Shown here: in pieces, positions 1 to 10,300 of the stretch
Numbering within the stretch: the stretch's first letter is position 1
How the letters are laid out: each line of letters starts with the position of its first letter
Assembly: GCA_002633005.1 (NCBI GenBank)
Contig: NMRA01000587.1
Coordinates: 133,767-197,766, forward strand
DNA: 64,000 nucleotides
Direction of reading: 5' to 3'
Origin: Phoronis australis
Taxonomy: Eukaryota > Animalia > Phoronida
Made by a program: the position numbers and the translations under genes
The notes under the pieces: generated by a model
Databases searched by the model: none
What the model was told of the DNA's origin: nothing
Seen by the model: only the letters and a program-made list of their open reading frames with translations

Positions 1-1156
1 TTAAACAGTTTGTTAAGCTGCATTTAATTACAGTCCAGCTGGGACAGCTGTGTGACTAAGAGCAGAGTTAAAAATTTAAGAACTGCTTGCACTGCATGGC
101 AAATTCAAAAGGCCTATTGTGTGCAAACAACATCCTATCCTCCACAAATTTCTACAACTACTATGTGGACTAGTTACTCTATACAAGCCCAAAATGAACA
201 GCACCTCTTCCACATAGTTCGCACAGATGACAGTGATTATTAACAGACACTTCCCTTCTTGGTTAGCCCAGATGTGTACTTAGAAATCAGGCTTTCATTA
301 CTTGCCTTGTGATTTGTTACAAATGGCCGTTGGTGCTATCCTGTGCCTCATAGTGTTACATGTACATGATATTCACTGTAGTTTGGTTCTGTCAACATGG
401 GTTGTAAATTTTATGACATTTTCTTACACTGTCGTTGCAAAAAGCCAATTAATAAGAACTTGGTGCAAATATTCTAACCCGTGGATGACATACTTTTACA
501 AGTTGTGTACCTTCCAATAATACAAAGGAGTCATCCTAAATACGAGATCCTTGACCCCATCAAGTTTCATGGAGTCCCCATGCAGTGACAGTGTCAAAGC
601 AAACAATAGTTAATCATGTGCGACCAAAAATATACACCATGGGAACAACCAGGGACCCCCACCATGTTTGTTATGCAGTGGTATCAATTTGAGCAGCTTG
701 TATTAACTGGTCATAAACCTGCCTTCTCGGGAAGAAATTTCCAATTTGTGATCAATACAACTTGTCCCTATAAAATTTGTCTAAACTTGTTTCTAACTCA
801 AAGACGAGATGAAGAGATCTTACAATGAAGTCGCAGTTCGATATTTGTGCAGTACAAGCTCATGTATTGAAATTTCAGGTCACGGCGTGACCTCATTTTA
901 TGACCTTTGTCTGAAAAAATAACAAAATGCGAGAAGTTGCTTAGCCCTGAGGTCACCTCTCAACTAAGAAAGAAACAAGACCAATTTCACAACTTATTCT
1001 GGTCTATATCAAAACTTGCATTTTCGACAAAAAGCACCGTCTTGACACCGCTCTACTAAAACTCTCATCTCACATGGAGGTTTCCATAGGTATCACTGTT
1101 TGTTCTCACTGATTTAGCCATATTAATTTAAATATGACTTTATCTTTCATAAACAG

Positions 1157-1236
1157 GCATAGCATTAAATATGGACCAATGGAAAGCCTTGAAGAGCATC
1201 GTGGATGACATCGACTCGGCATTGGACGAACTGTAA
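1157..1236 (+). CDS. SUB1: PC4/SUB1 transcriptional coactivator p15, terminal exon (earlier exons not found, presumably left of the window)
   Basis: Acceptor aaacag| then (G)IALNMDQWKALKSIVDDIDSALDEL*, matching the PC4 C-terminal helix pattern (KGISL..EQW..LK..I..ID.A...L). AATAAA at 1672 and 1911. Confidence 0.85.
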
Positions 1237-2526
1237 CATGGGATACCAAATGCTGTTTTGAGTTAACTGCGGTCACACTCAGTGCTTTTGTAGGACTTTG
1301 GATGAGATGATCTCATACAAGATTTAGCAAGATGCAACTAGATGAACATGATGTATGAGTCTGTAGTCAACGTTAAATAACCAACCAAACAGCTTTGTTC
1401 TGTCCATTGTCTTAGGCTGCCGTGGGATTTACCGTGCAATTTCAGAAGTTGGACGTCGCTTTACATTTCAACATTTCTGTCAACAACTACTGGCTCATCT
1501 TCGTTAAAAAACAAAAACTAAGGTAGAGTTAAGGGTTATACTGCTACAAGCCTGAAGACAACAGGTGTACATTGTCTTGAATGTAGGCTAAACAAAGTCC
1601 GTTCCATAGAGTAGATTGTGCATTTTTCCAAAATATTCATAAGAAAACAAGAATGTGGATTAACATTAAGAAATAAACATTCTTTCCATTTTGTACAATT
1701 CATTGTATTTATTTTTCCTTATAAACAACATTCGTTTTCATTATCAATTGATACCCACAGTAGAGTGGTAAACCACAAAGAGTTACTCTACACAGTCACG
1801 ACACATGAAGACTGAAACTTAGGTAGTGGCCGTCTTCAATTACATTCAATCAAGTTTCATAGTCAGCAGTACCAACACCACGTAATCACATGGTATAATA
1901 CATTTTTTTTAATAAATCCAACACCAATCTATGAACACTAACTTAGTTACTGCTGTTAGTGTCAGACAGAACCACCAAAATATTGAGTCAGAGTGAACTT
2001 ACGACGGTTTCCAAATGATTATGGTTGACATTTTATTGCTGAAACTTAACAAATGATCTCGAGTCGTGATGCTGAAGAAAACCCAGACTGTGTTGGAGAA
2101 ATTACATTTGCTTTAGACGACTTACTGCTAGAAACTATAGAACTGGTCTCGACTTATTCCTTACTTGGGTGAGAAGCAGTCTTGTAACGAACTGAACGCT
2201 CGTCATTGGGCGAGACCATGTTGGGCGATAAATGTAATTTTGCGACAAGTCGACTTATAGAATCTGATCTCAAAACTATCAGTTGTTTCCAAGTACAATT
2301 TGAGACCAATTTCATAACTGTAAATGGTCTAAATCAAGAGTTGGACGTTTCTTTAATACACAGATGAAAATCTGGAGACAACCGACTTGGAAGTGGTGGA
2401 TACGATGAAGCTAAGCCAAAGAAGAAAGAAAAATAATTGAACTATGTCTTAAGTCATATCACACAAATTTTCTCCAAAGAATATTTTTAAAACAACAGTG
2501 CATTAGCAGACGGATGTGACCTCACT

Positions 2527-4485
2527 CTACTCCTTCGTCTTGTTAGACCAGCAACACTCTGCGTTCTCCTTCCAACTACAAGTTCCATCACTATACACCT
2601 CCCTCTTCCACACAGGGACCTTGGCCTTCAGCGTATCAATGGCGTACTCTAGCGCAGCCAATGACTCCTTACGATGACACGACGAGATGGCGATGATGAT
2701 GCTGGCTTCCCCAATCGGCACCTGGCTATAGACACACACAAGGAAATGCAGTTCTATTAAGATTTTGGTCACACTTTCACAGAATCATTTTCAGTCAAAA
2801 CCATACTGCCATCTTCCCGAAACACTGGAAGTAGTGCGGCGGCTACATCACATGCCACCTGTCATGAGGATTTTATGTAATGTTGCAAAGTTCTGAAAAG
2901 AGACTCCAATACCCTTGTGACTTTACAGAAGGCACAATTTTGAGGCATTATAGTTTTAATGCAGTTTTCAGTCCTGTGAGGGACACCCAAATTACTTATC
3001 GGCATATTAAGTCAAATACCTAAAGTTGCCATGGCTAATCCACACATCTTGCAGTGCCCACTTGAATAGGAAATGTGACATCTATGTGTAATGCGATAAC
3101 AAGTATATCATATGAAACTGGTAGGTTAAATGTATATCACAATAGTGGGGCCTACTGATTTCACGTAATTATTTCACACTTACAGTGCTGGTACATGCCA
3201 AAAAATTCAGACGAAGTAACCTGAAATTAACAGTTCTGACCCAAGCGAATTTCCATGATTATGGCCAAGTTTATGTAGAATTCCCCGATTCCAGTTAGAC
3301 AATGAATGAGCCTGTTCAAAAGTCCCTGTAACTGGTCAGGAGCGACTAATCATGAACTAAGTAATGGGAATGCTGCCTTTTTTGTAAGAATTCATCACTA
3401 TGAACTGCTTTTCAACTAACCACAAACAGAATGCTCACCCTAGTCTATGGTGGACCACAATATGTTTCACATCCCACTGGTCTCGTATACTCTTGCAGAT
3501 TTTCTTAATCTCTAATTCCGCCATGGGAACGTAGGCTTCGTACTCCAATCGGATAACGGTCTTGCCTTTAAAATGATCCCGTGTTGTCCCTGAAAAAATG
3601 AAATCAAGGACTTGATTGCATTGTTTTATGGTATAAGCCCTAGACTAAAAAATGCTGAGCTAACTATCACAGTCAAAAGGTGGTTAGACTAAGAGAAGTC
3701 CGACTTTCGCAAACAAAGCATGTTTGGTTATTGAGGTAAGATTCAAGAAGGTAGATGTGACAATGTACATGTAGAGAGGACAAATGTGGATGCCTTAAAA
3801 TACCACAGGTCAACAATCCAGAAATGACCCTGTGAGGGTTCCAGATACCACTGACCTCCCTGGACTTGTGACGGAATTAGCTGAAGTGTCTTACGTCATT
3901 AAACACCAAGTGAAAAAAACTGATTGTTGTATTGTGAAGCATGCTTCACTGTGCACTGTGCTAATACTTAACCAATAAAGTTATAGGTATTGTCAGATAG
4001 GTGGGTCCCGGATTCAAAACCGATTTGAGAACCAGTTACACCCAATGATTAACGCCCGTTATTCACTGGGAGTAACTGTTTCTCATATCAGGGACGCATG
4101 TACCACACTATTACCAAGTCATTTACAGATTGATGTGCCCATATGTTCCATACACTTGGTAAATAAAACATAACAATAGTTAGACATTTCACATATTGTG
4201 CCAAAAACTTGAACAAGATCACATGGCAAAATTCGGATACAAGATATATCCGTCTACATTCCGAGAACCAGTTTGAGACCTGTTATTGAGTGGAGAAAAC
4301 TGGTTCTCAAAATGCGGGCACGTTATATCCAACTATTACTGATCACGTCACACTGTAGAAATACATGGAAGTATGAAGTGATGGTTACCTATAAATGTTG
4401 ATATAGCACCACATGTTGGACACCCTGCTAGTTCTGTTACCTTGGCAACATCCAGTTTGTCAGAGGTCAACAAGATATCATCCAT
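2527..4485 (-). CDS. MOCS2: Molybdopterin synthase catalytic (large) subunit MOCS2B, MoaE family, 148 aa
   Basis: Exons 4485-4389, 3589-3439, 2725-2527 with GT-AG ends and consistent phases: MDDILLTSDKLDVAKVTELAGCPTCGAISTFIG|TTRDHFKGKTVIRLEYEAYVPMA...VVHHRLG|QVPIGEASIIIAISSCHRKESL...LKAKVPVWKREVY...WKEN. The MoaE motifs GA..F.G, LEYEAY, HRLG and P.WK.E are all present. Confidence 0.95.
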
Positions 4486-4719
4486 TGTCGCCTTCACAAA
4501 TCAGAATAATTGTCAGAGGAGGAATAAGATTCCACTGTTACCAAACTAATTAGTTGTCAAAGATTTTCCTGTAAGACCATAGACTTGAGTGGAATGCACT
4601 GCACGAAGCATCCAACGGTTATGTCCTCAACTCCAATGGCAAATAAGATGAAACAATTATAATTGCACTTGATCTTTTGTTACAATGTTTTTTCTTCTGT
4701 CCAGCAATACGATATAGAG

Positions 4720-7164
4720 TTAGCCTCCACTGATGGGTGGCACTACTGCAAGTTCTGAATTTGGTTGGAAAATCACAGACGAGTCGTCAATGTCAATATA
4801 TTCTTGGTTCACAGCCAATACAATGTTCTTGGAAATAGGCTTGAGGCTGAAATGAAAAAAGAAAACGAAGATGACAACATCTAGACACTTAAAAGGATAC
4901 CAACTATGGTTTTGGCCTACTAACATATATTAAAAAGGCAGGTTCCCTACCAAATTCCATGAAACAAAATGATGCTCTATAACTCTCGACAAACCTCAAA
5001 AGTTTAGTCCGCTAAACGGGAAAGTGTGACTTTTGCTTTAGCGATTTACAAGGCAACTGTGAGGGAGAGACCACCCACCAAGAACTACAATATCCAATCT
5101 GTGAAATAGAGAGTACGAGTTTTTAATCGATTCCTGCTTTTATCACTACAAGATTGACGCCACTGATGCATTAGCAGGTGACAGAACAAGGATTGGTTGA
5201 AATAATCAAAGCAGGGTTTAGTATTCTTTAAATCACAACTTGTTCTAGACACGATGATGAGTACTCAGTGAACAATTGTGGTATACAGGATATACGACAG
5301 TCATGTGATCTGGGGGTATAATCAACACTTGGACAAAGAGGTATTCTCTGAGCTAAGACAATGTTCATAATTCTGAAGCATCATTTTGGCCAAACAAAAG
5401 GCAACAATTAATAACAAAGAATGCTTTAGTCACAAGGTCATTCTGTAATTACGACATTGTCACAAATGGAACAACAGTCTAAACATTTTCGGCCAAGTTA
5501 TCACAAAGTCCATACAGCAAATGACAATGTGCAACATAATATTTTTTAAAATAAATTTAAAAATCAGAAATAATTGAGAACAATGTTAATTGTCAAGCTG
5601 AAAAGTGAATGATCACCAGGGAAAATGTTGCAATAGTATCTCCCGTATTTGCCGCCCACACGACGTGACTGGGAATGTGATTGAGCTGCCTGACTGTCCA
5701 ACCAGTTCTTTGCTCTTGGCAAAAAACAAAACATGTACCTGAAAGGGAGAGTGGATATCTTAAATCGATCAGCAGCAGACACTCAAATGTTAGTGTTCTA
5801 GACATTTAAAAGGATATTATATTGTCAAAATACAGCTAAGTACCACTGTGTGTTGAGCTCCGTACTGGAAATTTCCGTAGAGAAGCCCATGGGCCTGTAT
5901 TCGAAAAATGAACATTTTCAGGTGTTTTAGAAACACCAAATAAACTCCCGGGTGTTTATTCGGAAAAGGGGGCGTGTAACTGGAAAGCCATTAAGTTTTG
6001 CTTGACTTGAACTCTTTACTTAAAACCTGGTTTTTAAAATTTTTTGTTAATAAATGCATAGCAATGCTTTGTTCGTTTTTAAAAGTAATAAATGCTCGAC
6101 TAAAACTGAATTTGTGATATAAGTTGATGCTTAGTGGACTTTTAAAGAGAAAAATTGCCAAACGTCCCAGCTGTCTGTACACTTGACACCACAAGTAGTC
6201 GGTGGGCCAGATTTTGTAGGGCCTCTAGAAAATGGTTTTTGTGAGTACTTTAGGGGGGCAATTTTATTTTGGTGTTTTTTAGTTCATTTATTAGAGTGTT
6301 TTCAAAATCTAAAAAGTTCCCACATATAAAGTTGCACATTTTTGAGAAATTTGAGTTTGAAGTTACCTAATAATCACCAAAGAGCTTAGTAAACTTATAT
6401 TTGTAAAAACAACAGTTTTGGTGACTTTTTTGTAAAACAAGTAATATGGTCCCATCAGTGCCATTGTATTGAACNAGTTGTAACACCAAATAAACGCACA
6501 TGGGAGGGTATTGGGCATAATTTTCCGAATACTCGCCCATGAGCGTTTCATCAGGTGGGCTTATCTACAGAAAACTCCGGTATTAATAGAATACAGGCGT
6601 GCGTTCAGTAGACTATAGGACCTAGCTGAAACCGAGTCAAAGTCACGTGTTCTCACTTAAAATACACGGCAATATCTCACGTAATCACGCGAAGTCTTGC
6701 TTTTTAGCGAGGTCCTAGCGTCACTGAACGGGAGGCAGCTTTGCCCCACTAAAGCCCAAGCCTTCGCGAGGCTTGGGCCACAGCAGGCAACACGTAACCC
6801 CTCAGTTGGCCTGCGGCATCCAGGGCGATGTAATTGCCTAGGGCCACTGTCACTGAGGCAACCACTTGAATAGGCAATGACCATCGCCTCTGCTGGCCAG
6901 TTGACAACTGGTAGGGCAGCAGAGGTGATGGTCATTCTGACAGTGACATTGCCTACCGCTTGAATTGAAGTGCGACTGCAGTTCAGTTGCTGTTGTGTTT
7001 CACCAAAAATGCATATTGTCTAGATTTCAGCTAAAACGTCGAATATGGAATAGCTCAACTTCTACGTCCCCGACAAAATATATGTCGACAATCAGGACAA
7101 CGCACATCAATTCCTGCAAAACTTATCTTACGCTAACTCTTACCAACATCTCCTCGGGTTCCAT
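4720..7164 (-). CDS. MOCS2: Molybdopterin synthase sulfur-carrier (small) subunit MOCS2A, MoaD/ubiquitin-like, 89 aa
   Basis: Exons 7164-7144 (MEPEEML|gtaaga), 5738-5617 (VHVLFFAKSKELVG...HFP) and 4846-4720 (LKPISKNIVLAVNQEY...ELAVVPPISGG*). Shows V.VLFFA, LAVNQEY and the C-terminal PPISGG thiocarboxylation motif; phases 0 and 2 are consistent. Confidence 0.93.
5865..6580. mobile_element. Non-autonomous TIR element (Tc1/mariner-pogo-like MITE) in MOCS2 intron 1
   Basis: TA|CTGGAAATTTCCGTAGAGAAGCCCA ... TGGGCTTATCTACAGAAAACTCCGG|TA, i.e. imperfect ~25-bp TIRs flanked by TA. The first ~115 bp recur inverted at ~62075-62191. Confidence 0.7.
6597..6735. mobile_element. ~140-bp MITE family copy 1 (PIF/Harbinger-related, CWG flanks)
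   Basis: Closely similar copies at 15238-15412 and 40210-40343. Ends are inverted (CGTTCAGT..CTAGGACC / GGTCCTAGCG..CTGAACG) and flanks are CAG...CAG. Confidence 0.75.
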
Positions 7165-7393
7165 CTGTGACCCAGTTTCGTAACCCTTGTAAATCGCATG
7201 CGCATTTACAAACAAACAGGGTACACTTTATTAATCCTAATAAAGATTCTTAATAGTTACTTAATTGGAATAATTTTACTTTAACACTTTTTTGTTAACA
7301 AAAATCTCTCAAAATGGCGTTTTTTGTAAACCTAAATAATCTATGTAGTAAAAATGCGTACTTATATCAGTTAATAAAACCTGAAAAAGCAAC
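7165..7393. promoter_or_regulatory. Bidirectional promoter shared by MOCS2 and SNAPC3
   Basis: Divergent ATGs at 7164 (-) and 7394 (+). NRF1-like CGCATGCGCA at 7195-7204 and YY1-like AAAATGGCG at 7311-7319. Confidence 0.7.
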
Positions 7394-10300
7394 ATGTCTG
7401 CTTTCACGACTGCAGACAACGTTTCCGATGTAATCAATGTCAGGCAGTTTTTAAATGAATGGGCAGTGATGATAGGAATGGTTCAGAGTGAGAGCGTTAA
7501 AGCTGTTAGCGATGATGTTACCTTGAAAGATCTGAACGTGCCAGAAGATATAGTAGAAGAGCTTGCCTTGGTTTGCAGGTAGTAAACATAAGACACATGT
7601 GACATGGATGACAATGACATGTACTATTGTACAACTGCAAGTATGATAAGCAACGACTAAGTTAATAAATGCCGATGCGATGACGTCTCACTGTAAATAG
7701 GTTTCCCACATTTACATGGGAAACGTATTTACCATGACAGTGGTTCATCTGTACTGTAGTATAAGATGTGACGATTGTGGGATGCACTTGTTGTGAATGT
7801 AGGTTTGTGTTGTCTCGTACGTTCGTGTTCGTCCGTTATTTTTCATGAGTGGCTGGATGTTGTGTATTAGTGTTGTCACATGACTAGGGCATGTTTGGAA
7901 CTGACTGGCTCCCTCTTCGTCTGGTCCTGCAACATGTAAGACACCTACATTTGATGCTCTCCATTGTGTGTGTGTGCGTGTGCGTGTGCGTGTGTGTGCG
8001 TGTGTGCAAGACTTCAAATGAGTAAAGGTAAGCTGCACGAGAACCTGCAGCAAATACAATACACTAACTGCTTCGAAGACTGTTTGGCATGTGTGTTATC
8101 CAGAGCCCGAGGAGAAAATAGAAAAAATCCAATACACTTGTTTGTTCATTTTTAATGAGTGTAGCTCCTCTTAAATGTTATCTAGGTCAAGCTCAGTCAC
8201 TTGGATCTAGGTGCTGTACTGATACTGTTGTAGTCACTTTCAGCAGTAGACTGTCAAGCTTATTGAAACAGAGATGTTCTTGTCAGAGTTGCTCTTCGTG
8301 TATAATTATGTCTTTTGAGAAATGAAGTAAGATATCACTGTCATGTATGTTTCATTGTGCATAATATCTCATCCACCGCTTCTTTGTAATACATAATTGT
8401 CATATTTTATCGGTGGCTATCACTTGTGCTAATGCTTTTCTTGTTTTGTATTTTCCTGTACCCATGTGAAACAAACATTTTACTAACAAAGACTATGCCT
8501 GTCTACAGTGACACTGGTCATAGTGGTTCCTGATTGGGCGAACCAGTTACACTGATCAGTGCTTGGTGCTCAAAATTAAGGACTGCTCTTCAACTCGTGC
8601 GGTGGATGGCCACTGTGCCAATGATCAGAGGAGTCCTAATCTTCTATTCATCAGTAGTAAATAGTATATAATTTGCTTTTCAGTGTCTCAATGGCCATGA
8701 ATTTCAGAGATGCTCGGTCCATAGGAAGATTTGTCGCTTTCAATTTCTAAAATATATAACAGCAATGCAACAATAAGCACCTTTTTACCTATGCCTGAGT
8801 TGTCAATTACTCGGTGTAGTGGCCAGTAAGTTGATCTCGGGGCTTAAATAATCTCGAAGATGCTTAATGAAGTCACTAATTCTCAGATTGCGCTGTCTCG
8901 TTCTAGCTGATTTTGTTTTTGTTACAGCCCAGACACTCTGAAAGTAAGAGAAGAATCTCAAGCTCAGATGACCAGTGACGAGATACCAGACACGACTCAA
9001 CTGGTGACTTTACAGTGAGTTGATTAAACACTTTCATTGGCATTGTAAAGAAGAAAACCAGGTGTCTCTTGATTGCGGCGACATGCAGTTAGCTGTCAAA
9101 ATTAACAACATCAGAATTTGACGAAGTTTGAGTGCACAGAACCATGGCTAAAATTATAGTCATTTCTTTTCTGCTACAATGAATTTCATTTCTGGCTAAA
9201 TCTCGATGAAATGTGGATGGGTATTGCTCGCACAAGTCGAAATCCTCACATTTTATTGTGCAAGTCGCTAGACTCAGAAAAGTCACATTACTCTCCGACA
9301 GAAGCTGTACAGAAACATTATTTTATTGCGACAAAAGTTTTCCGAAACTGGCAAAAAGTTCTGGCTAGAAGTTTGTTCAAGCTTCAGAGTTCTGTTGGAG
9401 CCAAATATGTAGTATATTTTGAAAATTACAAGTGCTTCTAGAAGGTGCTAGACAAGGTGTAATTTTAGACAAACATTATGATCGCCAACTGTAGTTCACA
9501 TGTGATTTGAAGCGGTACAGTCTTCCAGTGTCTTTGTCTACATATACGTATGACAGGTATGCATTTCACGGCAGCACCTGTTGTATAGGTCTGCAGCCTG
9601 TCAATGTTCTCTGCCATTAACAACTGGTGTTGGGTTGTAATTGCGAGGTGCCTTCAACTTAATCCTTTGCAGACTTCAAAAAGCAGAATTAAAAAAGAGG
9701 GAGGAGAATGAAGTGTACAGACGACTGGCTGGTAAAAACTTGAGATACAAGGGTTCGTTCCCAACACTGCAGGTAAATCAATTGTTTCGGCAATCGGACT
9801 CAAAGATTCAAGTCATGTCGTTGTCTCGCTCTTTAACCATCCAGAGACAAGTGTCTGATTGTAGTGAGTTCAAATGTCAACGTGTTAAGGGAGAAATGAG
9901 TCGCAGCTTAGGCATGTAACCATATTGTGCGGGAGATTGGAAAATTGAAAATTCTATAATTAAATAATTGATCTCATGTTTGATAATCAAAACCTTCCTC
10001 AACCACAAATAGAAAAGTGTACAGAACAGTATCTTATTTAGGTCTGTTACGTGTTCTTTTGCCAGCGTCAGCCTTCTAATGCCTATAAGTATGGTTTCCA
10101 TGTAACAACATTGGCTGTTGACAGTCGACCGCATTTCCTACCCATAGTATATTATTGATTGACATCTCTTGCTTTCGCTGTTGCTGTATAGTACAGTACT
10201 GCAAAATCTTCAATGTAGGATGCGATGGAGTCGATCTATGAAATTTTTATCATTTTTTCCATGTAACATACATGTATGTAGCACCAACTGAATATAAATG

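Noticed and set aside
1960-2420. Coding-looking stretch between SUB1 and MOCS2
   Set aside because: Only short frames with stops on both strands and no recognisable motif; treated as 3' UTR.
6794-6804. TAACCCCTCA as a telomerase RNA template next to a pseudoknot
   Set aside because: It does not match 1.5 copies of CCCTAA, and no CR4/5 or H/ACA domain was seen.
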